A stretch of 63,926 bases of DNA, the filler included, from Octopus bimaculoides (lineage: Eukaryota): assembly GCF_001194135.2 (NCBI RefSeq). It is 6 parts of 6 records of this genome, joined end to end, with 100 filler letters (N's around TTAATTAATTAA, not from the genome) between each part and the next. Parts side by side here need not be neighbours in the genome. Positions count along the whole stretch, not along the records: positions 1 to 7,223 come from NC_068982.1; positions 7,324 to 22,594 come from NW_026319990.1; 4 more parts are not named here. One strand, given 5' to 3'. Each line of letters opens with the position of its first letter. Position 1 is the stretch's first letter. The notes under the pieces were generated by a model, which did no database searches, was not told where the DNA came from, and saw only the letters and a list, made by a program, of their open reading frames with translations. Positions 1 through 12,449 of the stretch are shown piece after piece. Made by a program: the position numbers and the translations under genes.

Positions 1-163
1 TGAATACTTGTCACTGATTGGTTGAAATTATCGAAATAAGACAATTTTTTACATGAAATAAATTCGAATACAGATAAGTATACGAAGTTTGAAAGTCTTT
101 CCGTACCAAAAACACTACGTAAAACATTAATGAAAAATGTGACCCCCGTTTTAAAAAAGATCC

Positions 164-203
164 TAATAATAATAATAATAATAATGATAATAATAATAAT
201 AAT
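164..203. repeat. (AAT)n microsatellite
   Basis: Direct tandem AAT run with one GAT interruption. Confidence 0.95.
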
Positions 204-979
204 ATAAAAAGAATGAACGGCTTCTCTTATTTTGGGGATAGCTTATAGATTGATTTGGCTCCACTGAGCAGCAACGTACGCGGAATTTTCATCTTTATCT
301 TTAATGTTAAATTTTGTGTATGCGTGTTTGGGTGGGCGGGTATGTGCGTACGCACTAGCTGGATCATTGGAGTGTCATAGCCAAGAAAATTTGGAGAATT
401 TTCAGACGTCTCTCCTATACTGAAACGTATTTCCACCCTTGTATTACAACCTCTTGTGTTTCCATTCATTATATACTTTTCGGTACACACCAGTTTTATG
501 TTCTGAGTCCAGATTCGTCGAGGTCAACCTTGCCTATCAACTTTAAGAAGTCGTTAAAATAAAGTATCAGGCATGTAATGGTGTCGATGGAAGTGATTAA
601 TTCTTCCTCTTAAAACTCTCGGTCATGTGTCTAAATTCGAAACCATTATATCTCTCTCTTATTTCTTATTTGATCATGCTAAATACTATAATAAATAATA
701 AATCATTCAAACAGGATGTGTGGTCAACGCATTCCTCTCGGCAAGCTTGTTTTGTTATTCACAAAAACACAATTCTCACACTTTACTTCCTCCGTATGCT
801 AATGATTTATGATACAAACACTAAGTTCAATATATTGAGAAGTTTGGGAATGAACGTTACGCTATTGTTCGTAATGGCGGAAAAATGGCATCATTGTATA
901 AATATACTAGATATTTAATGAAAATTTTATTTTTTAAGAAATCAACGGTATATCTTAAAATATTGATTTCAATTTTTTG

Positions 980-1150
980 CGCAGGGCCAGAAATTTCGGA
1001 GGAGGGGTTAAATCAATTAGATTCACCCAGTGCTCGACTAGTACTTATTTTATCGACCAGGAAAGGATGAAAGGCAAAGTCGACCTTGGCAGAATTTGAA
1101 CTCAGATTGTAAAGGCGGAGGAAATGCCGCTAAGCATTTTGCCCGACGTA
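980..1150 (-). mobile_element. tRNA-derived SINE fragment (Meta-domain type family)
   Basis: TTTATCGACCAGGAAAGGATGAAAGGCAAAGTCGACCTTGGCAGAATTTGAACTCAGA is the reverse complement of the SINE core also seen at 51125-51518 and 27500-27690. Confidence 0.85.
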
Positions 1151-2356
1151 GCATATTTAAAACAATATTAAAAAGTTATGATTTGTTGTTTTGTCAATTA
1201 TTAACTTTAAAAACATTAGTTTTAGTGTTTCCACTTTGGTGACTGCGCCGAGTCGGACTTTTTACATAGTGGAATAGTTATAGTGGAAAAAATAATAGCT
1301 GAAAGAAGTCCTAGTGACATGTATTCTATTGAAATATATTTTAGTAGAATATATGAATTTGTCTCTAGACAGAATGATCATGACTAAGAATATTAGACTC
1401 TTCTGGTGTAAAATAACTGTAAAACAAAATTAATGAAAAGAACATCAACAAAACAAAAGCAGAGCCTTCGAAGGAACCTCTACGTTATCGTTCGACTTGT
1501 TGGAAATAACATCCTCCCCTCCCTGGTCTTACCTATTATTTTAAAAGCCGTGCGAGGAAAGGATACATTAAATAAGGTAAACCAAGGATAAATAATATCT
1601 GAGAAAAAAAATGTCGGTGCTCTTACGGTTGGAATATTTTTTTACCATAAATCCGTTCGATCAGAACAAACCTAGGGTCATATAAAATCATTAAATCCAA
1701 GAAAAAAAATAAAATAAATTAAAAATTTGAACAAAAATATAGAAGTAAATAAGAAACAAATTAGAACACAAAATAAAATGACATCATGGAATACATGTAG
1801 GACTGAACTGGAAAATAAAACAATACAAGGTCACAACAAACTAAAGAAATAAATGTTTTTTTATACTGTTTTTTTTTTTTAAATATATGTATTTATTCGC
1901 TTTTGTGCCGGGAAAAATAACTCTAAGGAACGGTTTAATGATTATTTTTTTTTCTCCGCAGCCAAATTTTTTCTACGACGGTAACTAGATAAAAGCCAAG
2001 CCATGTGACTTAAACAATAGAAAGTGTGCCATAACAATTAGTAATGAGTGGAGCGGGAACAAAAGAATAAAGAAACTACTACATTGTACGAAAAAACAGC
2101 CAGATGTAATCTTTGTGTTTAAAGCATAGCACTAAATTAAAATGTAAATATTTGAAAGAGAAATACGGATATTGAAGTAAACTAGTGTAACTTATGGTGT
2201 GATAATTATAATATTTTAGTTTAGTAGAGCTTGGTCTTTTGTTTAGTTATGCAGTTGTAGTAATAGTGGAGTAAAATTGTGCAGACTAAGGTCAAGGTAA
2301 CGTCTGTCTATCGTATACTGTAGAGTCCATAATACAGATTCAAGAAATAATGAGCT

Positions 2357-2645
2357 CCATACATACATACATACATACATAAATACATATATACATACAT
2401 ACATACATGCATTTTAATAAAGTATACATGCATATATACTTACATACATGTATATATTCATGCATTCATACATACATACGTGCATACATATATACATGCA
2501 TACATACCTACATAAACACATACATACATACATGCATACATACATGCATACATACATAAATGCATACATAATACTTACATGCATACATACATGCATTCAT
2601 ACATACATGTATACATGTATACATACATGCATATATACATGCATG
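2357..2645. repeat. Degenerate (TACA)n microsatellite
   Basis: Long TACA/TGCA tandem array; it generates the spurious MYVC/HTYI ORFs. Confidence 0.95.
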
Positions 2646-2880
2646 CTCATGTTCGTATTTAAATTTGTCGCTCAGTTTTAGCACCATCATCTGTCAACTT
2701 GGGTTCCTTGAGTGGATTCCACTTTGTTGCAAGCATTCAGGCGCTAGATCTTCGGTTTGAAAGTCAAAATCCCTTTCTCTCTTCGTCCCTTATATTAGTG
2801 TCGGTGGCCCTATTACAGTTCATGGGCTCTACCTTCCCCCCTGCCGAAAAGATAAACACACATACATACACAGACACACA

Positions 2881-2912
<32 letters not shown>

Positions 2913-2915
<3 letters not shown>

Positions 2916-3067
2916 GCGTGGGTGTACGGTAAAAAATGCTTCCTTCTCAACTGCATGGTTTCAGGTTCAGTCCCACTACATGAGACCTAGGAGGAGTTTC
3001 TTCTACTATAGCCCCGCTCCGACCAAAGCGTTGTGAGTGGATTTAGTAAGCGGAAACTGAAAGAAGC

Positions 3068-3148
<81 letters not shown>

Positions 3149-3230
3149 ACCCCAGTAAACACTTGACAATCGGTGCTCGTTTGTTTACAGCCCCGTAACT
3201 TAGCCGTTCGGTGACAGAGTCTCTAGTAAA
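2913..3230 (+). mobile_element. tRNA/CORE-like SINE (second family) with internal (TA)n(TG)n tract
   Basis: Head with GGTTCAGTCC B-box-like motif, body ...GTGAGTGGATTT...GGAAACTGAAAGAAGCCC, then microsatellite, then the conserved 3' part (CCCGTAACTTAGC.GTTCGG). Same layout at 20605-21055. Confidence 0.8.
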
Positions 3231-3308
3231 ACTGAAAAGTCACATCTATGCTACTCGTGTTTTAGAGAACAATCAAGAGATGGCATTGTCCGAAATCGAG
3301 TGACAGCC

Positions 3309-3346
<38 letters not shown>

Positions 3347-3373
3347 TGGTGCGCGCGCGCGTGCGTATATGTA

Positions 3374-4231
3374 CGAGGCCTGATCAATAAGTATCCGAAC
3401 TGTTGCCACAGTAACGCAGCTAAAACACGCAGAGTGAAGCCACTTGGCACAGATTAACCTTGAACTCTGGTGTGCATGTGCACTAAGTTTTAATGTTCTA
3501 GCTCATTTCCACTGTTTACAGCAGTGCTTGGAAGGAAGGTGTGTAGCGTGTGATCGCCGCATTGACTATGACAGAGAAAGTTCTCATGGCAATACCTGCT
3601 CAGAGGCCTGCTCAAACTTGCAGAAAGTGCATGGAGGGAAGTGTATGAACCTTACAGAAATGTACGAGTGATTCAGACGTTTTCAAGATGGCCGAAAAAT
3701 ATCGATATTGATGAACGTTCTGGGAGACCTGCAACCAGCAGAACAGAGGAAAATATCGCAGTTGTGCGTGCAACTGTGAGGGGAAATCGTCGAATCACCA
3801 TCCGTGAGTTATCAGAAGATGTGCAGATTAGTTGCGGTTCGGTCCTGTCCATTATCACTGAAGATTTGGGTATGAGACGCATATCTGTCATGTTTGTGCC
3901 AAAACTGTTTTCAGCTGACGAACAAGACACTCGGGTTTCAGTTGCACAAGATCTCTTTGATTGTGTTGAGAACAATGAAAACTTTTTGAAAACCTTGCAT
4001 AGTCCTCTGAGCCGGCATCGCCAAGCTTTTGGTAAAAATTTGATGCAGATTCTTTGCTCAACTTTTTCTGTCATGGTCAATGCGATGATCACACGTTACA
4101 CACGTTCCTTCCAAGCACTGCTGTAAACAGCGGAAGTGAGTTCAAGATCAATCTGTGTCAAGCCGCTTCACACTCCATACTTTAGCTACGTTACTACAGC
4201 AACAGTCCAGATACTTATTGATCAGACCATG
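3374..4231 (+). mobile_element. Non-autonomous mariner derivative made of two inverted 5' ends
   Basis: TA|CGAGGCCTGATCAATAAGTATC...GATACTTATTGATCAGACCATG|TA. Plus strand encodes a degraded mariner N-terminus (DERSGRP..., LGMRRISVMFVPKL). Minus strand from 4092 encodes the start MTEKVEQRICIKF again. Confidence 0.85.
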
Positions 4232-4402
4232 TATGTATTTATGTATATACCCATTACCTTGAACAAAGGCGGTTCAATTGGTGATGTAATCCTAAAAAGA
4301 CGGGGTTATGATGGGAGTGTCTTTGAGCATAGGATTGCTTAATCTAGATAAACGTCGGCTTAAAGAACGGCAACGATACCTACCACAACGGCAACGACAC
4401 CG

Positions 4403-4436
<34 letters not shown>

Positions 4437-4465
4437 TTACTACTACTACTACTACTGCTACTACA
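4403..4465. repeat. (ACT)n microsatellite
   Basis: Direct tandem ACT run. Confidence 0.95.
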
Positions 4466-5219
4466 ACGATGCTTCTCGTAAGGGAGGTATCTAAACTTAT
4501 CTAATACCATGGCGAAGAAAGGGAAAATCCCAAAGACGCAAACTCTATTTTGTCCTCAGTGTTAAGGTGTGTGCGTGAATTTCACTGACATAGAGGTGTG
4601 TCAGGCATAATACGCGTCAATTTGAGAACCTCTGTTGTAGATGACCTTAGTGGACAAGAATACTTTTTCCCTGTTTTCGTGGTGCAAACAGAATCTTCGA
4701 CTTACCTCTGGCTCTTGTTATCACAGATTAATCCGTTTTTAGAGCTCACGGTTCACAGTTGACTGTACTGTATTATACCGGATTATTGATAAATGGCGCA
4801 GTGATAAACGAGGCTACATGTATAGCTAGCTTTATACATTGGAAGACGAGATATTTGTAACCATATAATTAAGGCTACAAATGTATAAAGCTAGCCATAC
4901 ATGTATGGCAAGCTTTATACATCAGAAGACGAGCTGTCTGAAATTTTCGAATGACAAAAGTACTGCAAAAGGTTGATAGTAAATTAGAGACATTAGCCTC
5001 TCTCTATCACCTTTCAACAAAATTATATATTAAGAAACAGTAGAACAATTAACAACATAATAAAAATAAGTTTTATTTTGGTGATGCTTGGTTTTACAAA
5101 TCCTTTGTCATTCAGCCTAGCAGCCGCTGGTTAACTTGTTGGCATCTGGATATTAAGAGCTTCGTTGAGGCATGCCAAAGGAGCAAGTAGTTGTCACATC
5201 GAAAGCATCGCGCTAAAGA

Positions 5220-5360
5220 GACTTAGAAAGCGCGCGAAGCGCTTTAAGTACTGGTTTTTTTCTACGCATGCGCACTCGAGGGGCTTCCGGGAAGGCAAGT
5301 CCTTTGCGCATGCGTAGATTGTACTTCCTTAATGGCAGCCATAATTTCGCGCCACTACAG
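5220..5360. promoter_or_regulatory. CpG-rich palindromic cluster, candidate promoter (NRF1-like GCGCATGCG sites)
   Basis: Perfect 14-bp inverted repeat TCTACGCATGCGCA (5261-5274) / TGCGCATGCGTAGA (5305-5318) flanking TTCCGGGAA; CpG density well above the flanks. No transcript evidence. Confidence 0.3.
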
Positions 5361-6545
5361 TACTTTCTACATTTTAAGAATTTTACTTAATTTTTTATAC
5401 AAGTAGTTCTTTTCAGAAAAACTCATTTCTTAGCAACAACTTCGTGGATAATAAAGAAAGGAATTGTAATTCTGTGACGCGCAAACAATTTTTCAAGGTA
5501 ATTTTAAACAACTTTCGTGTCAGGAATTTAGACGGAAGTAACTAACGGACTCTGTAGCTGAGTCGTAGGCGCGTTGGATAATATGTCACGTGGTTTTCAT
5601 TTTGCCTTTCATTCTGCGCTATGAGTTCACTCAAACCCCACTGAGGTCAACTTTACCGTTCGTCCTTTCAGAGTCGATAATAAAGTAGCAATTCAAGAGG
5701 ATCGGGCAAGATGCCCTGCAGTACCTGTGGCGACTCTTCGTAACAACACAAATGCGTAACAATCTCGACTCCAGATGGCGCTGTCTTCCTTGGATGAACA
5801 TCGGTATCGCGGAGAGGGCAGACTTGTAGCTAGGGACTAGTCCTCTTCGAAAATGTTAACAGCTTTCAATTTGGTTAAGAACTGAATTAGCGTCAAACTC
5901 TGAAAAATGCTGCGTGTGAATAAATTGCGGCCTTAAGAATATCATTCAACTACTACCGTAGTTGAATGATATATATATATATATATATANNNNNNNNNNN
6001 NNNNNNNNNNNNNNNNNNNNNNNNNNNNNNNNNNNNNNNNNNNNNNNNNNNNNNNNNNNNNNNNNNNNNNNNNNNNNNNNNNNNNNNNNNNNNNNNNNNN
6101 NNNNNNNNNNNNNNNNNNNNNNNNNNNNNNNNNNNNNNNNNNNNNNNNNNNNNNNNNNNNNNNNNNNNNNNNNNNNNNNNNNNNNNNNNNNNNNNNNNNN
6201 NNNNNNNNNNNNNNNNNNNNNNNNNNNNNNNNNNNNNNNNNNNNNNNNNNNNNNNNNNNNNNNNNNNNNNNNNNNNNNNNNNNNNNNNNNNNNNNNNNNN
6301 NNNNNNNNNNNNNNNNNNNNNNNNNNNNNNNNNNNNNNNNNNNNNNNNNNNNNNNNNNNNNNNNNNNNNNNNNNNNNNNNNNNNNNNNNNNNNNNNNNNN
6401 NNNNNNNNNNNNNNNNNNNNNNNNNNNNNNNNNNNNNNNNNNNNNNNNNNNNNNNNNTATATATATATATATATATATATATGTATAAATATATATATGT
6501 ATATGTATGTATATGTATATATATAAATATATATATATATGTATG

Positions 6546-6576
<31 letters not shown>

Positions 6577-6603
6577 ATGCATATATATATATATATATAT
6601 GTA

Positions 6604-6634
<31 letters not shown>

Positions 6635-7179
6635 TAGATATGTTTCGGCCGAAGATTGGCCTAGGCCATGTCTCACTTAATAGCTCCACCCGAACTTCTT
6701 AGCACTACCAAGGAGAAAAGACCAAGGCCATAACTTGGTATTCCTTTATTCCAATTGTTTCAAGTGTCTGACGATGTGTTTGCTCCATGCTGAGTGTATA
6801 AGCTGCATCTGTTGGTTGTATTCATAGTGTGAGGTTATGTGTTGCCGAATACTGAAACATATGTAACAATAGAAATAAAGGAGTACCGAGTTACGCCCAT
6901 ATTCTTTCTTCTTATTATTGCTATGCCCTCTGTATTACGTCAAAGTCATCCTTCAGATTCGGACAACTTGAGTGCACAAGCGAAGGCAGGAGTTTAATAT
7001 GTTTAACATTAGGGCTAAAACCTACGTGGTACACAGTGTACCTGTTTAGACAACGTCGATTTGATGGAGAGAATGAGTTAATGTGCAGCACGAACATTTG
7101 ATCACTATAAACAAATCATTTGTGTAGATCTTTCGGCAAAAGCTGAACATTCATTCGTTGTTTTCGACGGGAGAGTCCA

Positions 7180-7223
<44 letters not shown>

Positions 7224-7323
7224 NNNNNNNNNNNNNNNNNNNNNNNNNNNNNNNNNNNNNNNNNNNNTTAATTAATTAANNNNNNNNNNNNNNNNNNNNN
7301 NNNNNNNNNNNNNNNNNNNNNNN
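7224..7323. other. Artificial 100-nt scaffold joiner (44N-TTAATTAATTAA-44N)
   Basis: Six-frame-stop 12-mer at 7268-7279 centred in N; identical construct occurs five times. Confidence 0.95.
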
Positions 7324-8129
7324 TAACCAGGCCACTAAATACTTTTAGAGACACATTTTTACTGTAAGATGAGTATGCTAATACTGTAAACAATAAAGAA
7401 AAATAACAAAAGGCGATAGAACGGGGTGACAGTCGGAAACAGATGGTAGGATGTAAACTTCTAAATGAAATTTCACCTGGGTTATAAAAGGAGGTTAATA
7501 TCAAAAGAGAATATCAAAAGAAAAATACATTTTTGAGTCCTTACATTTTAAACGTATGTGAGTGCTTGACGGCTCTGCTTTCATGCTTGAGAGAGCAGAG
7601 ATCAAGCGATAACCTGATAGCTCTATTCAAAACACAAATTAGCCGTAGTTTCACATGCCTATTCTCTTATCATTTTTTTTTTAACTCTCCTTTTATACAG
7701 TCTAAGCTTAACCCAGAAACATGTCTACTGCATACATCTGAGTTTTAATTGCTAGCGAGGACACAGTATTTCGTTTCCCAACAATAATAAATTACCGAGT
7801 ATTAAAGGTTTACAAGTTAATATTGTGCCTTGCTTTTGTAGTATCAGTGCGATTTTCTCATTTTTAAAGTTTATCTCTACAGATTTTCAGAGAATTCAGG
7901 TTCAGCATTGCAAGTAAAAAACGCGATGGAAGATAGAGAAATAGGTAATGGGTATACATTTATATACATGCCTGATATAACGGTTCCCTCGTTGGTCTGC
8001 AAGCTCATTAATTATATTTGAAGTTTAATTAAGACTTCCTGGCATTAATTATATTTCCAGGGTTGTAAGCAGGATTTGAAACCGCGGAGCAGATTTTAAT
8101 GGCTGTAAGCGTTTTGTTTTACTTTTTAT

Positions 8130-8405
8130 TTATTCAATTAGTTAGAGGTGCCAGTTAAAGTTTGTCTTAGGGATGTATAAGGCCGGGTCTTAATCTCGAC
8201 TTGCATAAGTAACTGAGCCCAGAACATTCCCCCCAAAACGAGATGCCAGTGTGGCGCAGAGTTGCCTATTTGTGGTGGAGTGAACTGGAGCAACGTGAAA
8301 TGAGGTGCTTTGTTCAAGAACACAATACATCTCAGAAGTCCAAGAATCGAAACCACCATCTTGCAATCGTAAGTGCAACACTCAAACCACTAAGCTACGT
8401 TTCTT
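8130..8405 (-). mobile_element. tRNA-derived SINE (third family)
   Basis: GGAGTGAACTGGAGCAACGTGAAATGAGGTG...GAATCGAAACC...ACCACTAAGCTACG is the reverse complement of a tRNA-like head plus the TTTCACGTTGCTCCAGT motif also present at 53075-53380. Confidence 0.7.
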
Positions 8406-8637
8406 AACAGCCGGAGGTAAAGGGTAGCAAAATGAGCTTTTAAGTCTTCCAAAACTGATGAAATCGATTAACGCTTATAAATCCACTTTGGTAGGGAGAA
8501 AAGCTCAAAGAATTGTTCTTTCGAAGTATGAAGTGTTTAGTACGTGACTGTGACCTCGCTTGCTTCACTTCAAAGTACACATGTACACAAGGTCTGACAT
8601 ATATAAATAAATGCAAAAATAACCAAGTTTATATATA

Positions 8638-9142
8638 CTAGCGAGACCCGTGAATATTTCACGGAATTAATGGTAAACATATCCAATTAATGGTAAACCT
8701 ATCCAAAAAAAAAACTGAAAGCGTAGCCTGTGTTGTGTCTGTTTCAAAAGATAGCCGCTCATCTGCTAATCATTGAAAAATGAAGGAAATTAGAGGACGA
8801 TGGTTACCTAATGTACTTTATATGTACACTTTGTGTACTTTATTCACAGCACTCTCCCTCTTTTTCTCTCCTTCTCTTACCCTCTTTTTCTCTCTCCCTT
8901 TTCTTTCGCTCTTCGCCTTTCCTTTCAAGTAATCACGTAAAAGCGTTACAGATGGGCTAAGTAACGGAGGAAAAAATTTAATTAGAAGCAAATTACACAT
9001 TTCACTCACCACCACCTTTTCCCTCCATCTCCCACTCCCCACCTCTCTCCTCCAGTCTCACTCTCCCTTGCCTTTCAACTAATCACGGGGAAGCATTACG
9101 GACGACCAAAGTAACGGAGAAACAAGCAGAATTATTATAAGA
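8638..9142 (-). mobile_element. Non-autonomous Helitron (~505 bp)
   Basis: On the minus strand: A|TCTTATAATAA... start; subterminal hairpin CCGTGAAATATTCACGG; ...CTAG|T end. Inserted in an AT dinucleotide without TSD. Confidence 0.8.
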
Positions 9143-9174
9143 TATGTATATATTAATAAAAATGGTTGGAACGA

Positions 9175-9225
9175 GGATATATACATGGATATATACATGG
9201 ATATATACATGGATATATACATGGA
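9175..9225. repeat. 12-bp tandem repeat (GGATATATACAT)x4
   Basis: Four exact copies. Confidence 0.9.
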
Positions 9226-10716
9226 CTGGATTAAGAATAGATACGCAAGTGATCGTTTTCAATTTTGCTGGTCACCGTGCATATGATGATTTATATGGCG
9301 TTGAGTTTAAACATTGCATGGACTGTCTGATGAGATATTGTAGGCATGGATGAGAGGAAGCTAAACAGTATGCCAGATGGTGATTTCGAATAGAAATAGA
9401 ATACAAGTAGCCAGTTCAGAGGATTAGAGGTTGTTATAGTTGCGGCAGAAGAGACCAAGAGGAAACCTGTGGTTCTGTGAGCCAATGGTAGGCTCTCAGT
9501 GGCGTGCGAACTAAATTTTCCATTAATAAAACAGCTCCGCTGCTCCGTAGATGTGTGCAGGTTCCCGTATATGGTTTCATATTTTGGGCAGTCAACTCTC
9601 CAGAAATAAAACATTTCTTTATTTTGAAAAGAATCTTATGAGCCTCTTTTGTATAGTTCTGTCCATGTGAGATCGACATGAGATGATCAGGTATTGTGAG
9701 ATCTAACATATATAGTGACACCGAAGGATTCTGGTGTAGAATGATGCAGTCCACATTTCTGGTGCAGTCCTCGATTCCACGACAATTCATCTTATGTAAA
9801 ACGACTGCTTTGTTTTATTTACTCTTTGTTTCGGTTGACAGAAACCACATTGTCATATCCTCAATTAAAGGTGTTTTTAAGCTCTGTTCACAGGGACAAT
9901 TAATGTCTGGAATGAGACATCGAGCCTGTGTTAAATGGTCTGGTTGATCTCTAATTTTTTGAAATTATTTTCATCGTTATTTTTGCATCTAAATCTACAG
10001 GTTCTTACAGTCATCCAATTGATTCTTCCTTTTCTCTCACATCATCGGATTCAACCTTCATTCTCGGATCTCTGCCACTGGATTCTACTTTGCTTCTTGG
10101 AAATCTCCTGGACTACCATCGGATTACAATTGATATTCAGCTCTTTATTTTCTGCGCATCAAATAACTACGACCCAGTTCACTTCACTTTACTTTCACTC
10201 AGATTCTTCCTCCGTGACCACCACAGCTACGTTAAGCAATTCTACTCCATGCTCTTCTCCTTAACTACATCTAATTTCTTGCAACTCTCTCAACTCCTCC
10301 TTAAAATAACTTGATACTCCAACCCGCAACTTACCTTTACTCATCGCGGCTTTCTTCTACATTTCCACCCCCACATCATATATAACTTCCGTTACAGGAC
10401 CCTACCCTCCTACCCTACCCTCCTACCCTACCCTCCTACCCTACCCTACCCTACCCTACCCTACCCCTACTTCCAAAACCTCGTGACCTTCACCAACCAC
10501 CAACCCATCTGCTTCTCCTCTCTCTTCACTGCCACAAGCCTCATTTTCCGCACCCGGCGCACCCACCGTATACTTTCCTCGCAAATCTATAAACCAAACA
10601 ACTTGAGCCGTCCCATCACCTCACCCGGCGATTACTCAACAGAACTTATATTTAAAAGCTTCGATCTCATCCCTACACCCCCACCACACACACACTCCTA
10701 GTAACTNNNNNNNNNN

Positions 10717-10747
10717 GCCGGGCGAAATGCTTAGCGGTATTTCGTCT
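10717..10747 (+). mobile_element. 5' part of SINE head, interrupted by LINE element A
   Basis: GCCGGGCGAAATGCTTAGCGGTATTTCGTCT matches the SINE head at 51463-51495 (reverse complement), then switches to non-SINE sequence. Confidence 0.85.
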
Positions 10748-10974
10748 CCGTGAGTTTTTTTTTGTTACGCGTCGCACATGCGTTCGTGGTGAAAATTGCT
10801 GTTTATTAGTGTTATTATTTATAATAACTACTCTTTTATTAACTGCTGTTTCTGTTAAATTTCTAACTGTTTTCATTTTGAAAACACTAAGTGCTTGTAG
10901 AAAGCACACGTTTGTTCATTCCCCCGTTGGGGAGAAGAATGTCGTCTAGCGAGAGGCCTAACGTTGGCACATAA

Positions 10975-12080
10975 ATGTCTGGTGAGGCGAACAATTTTTT
11001 GTTGTCTGGCGAGGAGCCAACTACGAGCAAAGAACCAATGGATTCCTCTGAAAAAGGAATTTTTGATTCCCCCGTTGCAAAAAAGTATAACAAAATGTAC
11101 GAGATATTTGGAGATGTGTCTGAAAGCTCGTCAGAACTTTCACAAGAAGATTTCCCGAGTTTGACAAAAAATAGTATTGTGTCCAAGAGAATAATCGATG
11201 TACCTAGCGTCCAGACTGAGAAACCAAATAAGGAAAAAAAAAAATTTTGCGTTGGCAGCTGGGGGTGGAACCCGGCTGCTTTCGACGAACAAGTGTGACT
11301 ATATGAAATATAGAAAAATAATGGAAATAAACGATAACGTGGTTAAAATACAACCACCAGAGCAATTAATACAAGAAGAAAACCAGAAGACAATAACATT
11401 TAAAACTTACTGTTTGCGAAAAAGAAAAATTGAGAGAATTACAGAAGAGAAGATAGAGAAGTGCCTGAAGCCAATCTGGAGCGACGTAGTTTATCTGACA
11501 AGAGGCAGGAAGTTTGGTACGGTGGAAGTAAGGTTTACCAACAAACAAATAGCACAAAAACATTCCGTAGAAACACTGAAAACGGACGACGTGGCGCTTA
11601 TCCCCACCTATATGGGGATGAGAACGTCCTGAATTAAAATAACAAGGGTCCCACCGGAAGTGGATCCTATGTGGTTGGTGGAGGCAGTCCTAATCAAACA
11701 GGAAGAGAAAGTTACCCTCCTCCAGGCTGCCGCTACAGAAAACGCTAACTGGACTGGCCAAACAGTTAGTCTCCTCATCCAGGCTGGCCCAAAACTAATT
11801 GAAGCCATTCCCGAGACAATTCAGATAGGGGGGAGACCCTCGTGGTGTTTGTTGAGGGCCGAAAATTCCGATGCTTTTTGTGCGGCCAATTCGAAGGAAC
11901 TGCAAGGAAAATGAGGAAGAGGAGAAAGAAGAAAAAGAAGAAAAGACGAGGAAAAAACAAACAAAAGAAAAATACAATCAGCAACTCAACCGAGAGCGGC
12001 GACTACTACAGAACAACGACCAAAAAAGACTGCAAGAAGAGGAAAAGAGGAGAAAGGCATAATAGCCGTATACACTAAAG
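10975..12080 (+). pseudogene. LINE ORF1 (RRM-like region plus degenerate zinc knuckle), frameshifted
   Basis: Fragments ...IEKCLKPIWSDVVYLTRGRKFGTVEVRF...IPTYMG..*IKITRVPPEVDPMWLVEAVL...EGRKFRCFLCGQF align with ORF1 of elements B, C and D. Frameshift in a poly-A run near 11235 and a stop at 11630. Confidence 0.7.
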
Positions 12081-12449
12081 ATACTGAGCTAATGAGAGAC
12101 ATTCAATTAATTAAGACAGCAAAAAAAATAGATAACCTTTCGGAGAAATACAACAATTATGACGTGTATGAAGTCTCAAATAAGACTCAGAATTTTACAA
12201 AACAAATATCGTTATACAGTATCATCTATGAGACTGGACTTTAATAAGTCTATATTTAATGGACTACCAGCCCCGATCCCGCGAGAAAAGGAAAAGGTGG
12301 AGACCCCCCACCTCTAGCTGATAATTCTGTGTCGGTAATGAAACGGGATTTTAACAAATCTATTTCCCAAGACCTTCCACCTCCGACCCTGTATCAAAAA
12401 AAGGTGGAGGGTCCCCCTCCACCGGACAGCCCTGATTAACAGGTAAGTC

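Noticed and set aside
2414-2690. ORFs of [16 protein letters not shown] type here and at many other TA, CA and TACA tracts
   Set aside because: Translations of microsatellites with no coding signal.
5942-6702. Long ORFs spanning N runs (also 17311-18267, 24545-25204, 43577-44152, 52227-53120, 54604-57292, 59342-60435, 61298-63891)
   Set aside because: Open only because N codons contain no stops.
9434-9900. Possible restriction-like endonuclease remnant (LDLTIP) of an R2/R4-type element
   Set aside because: Only a weak motif resemblance; no CCHC, RT or PD-(D/E)xK spacing could be confirmed.
10000-10330. Possible degraded LINE 3' end
   Set aside because: No unambiguous motif in any frame.
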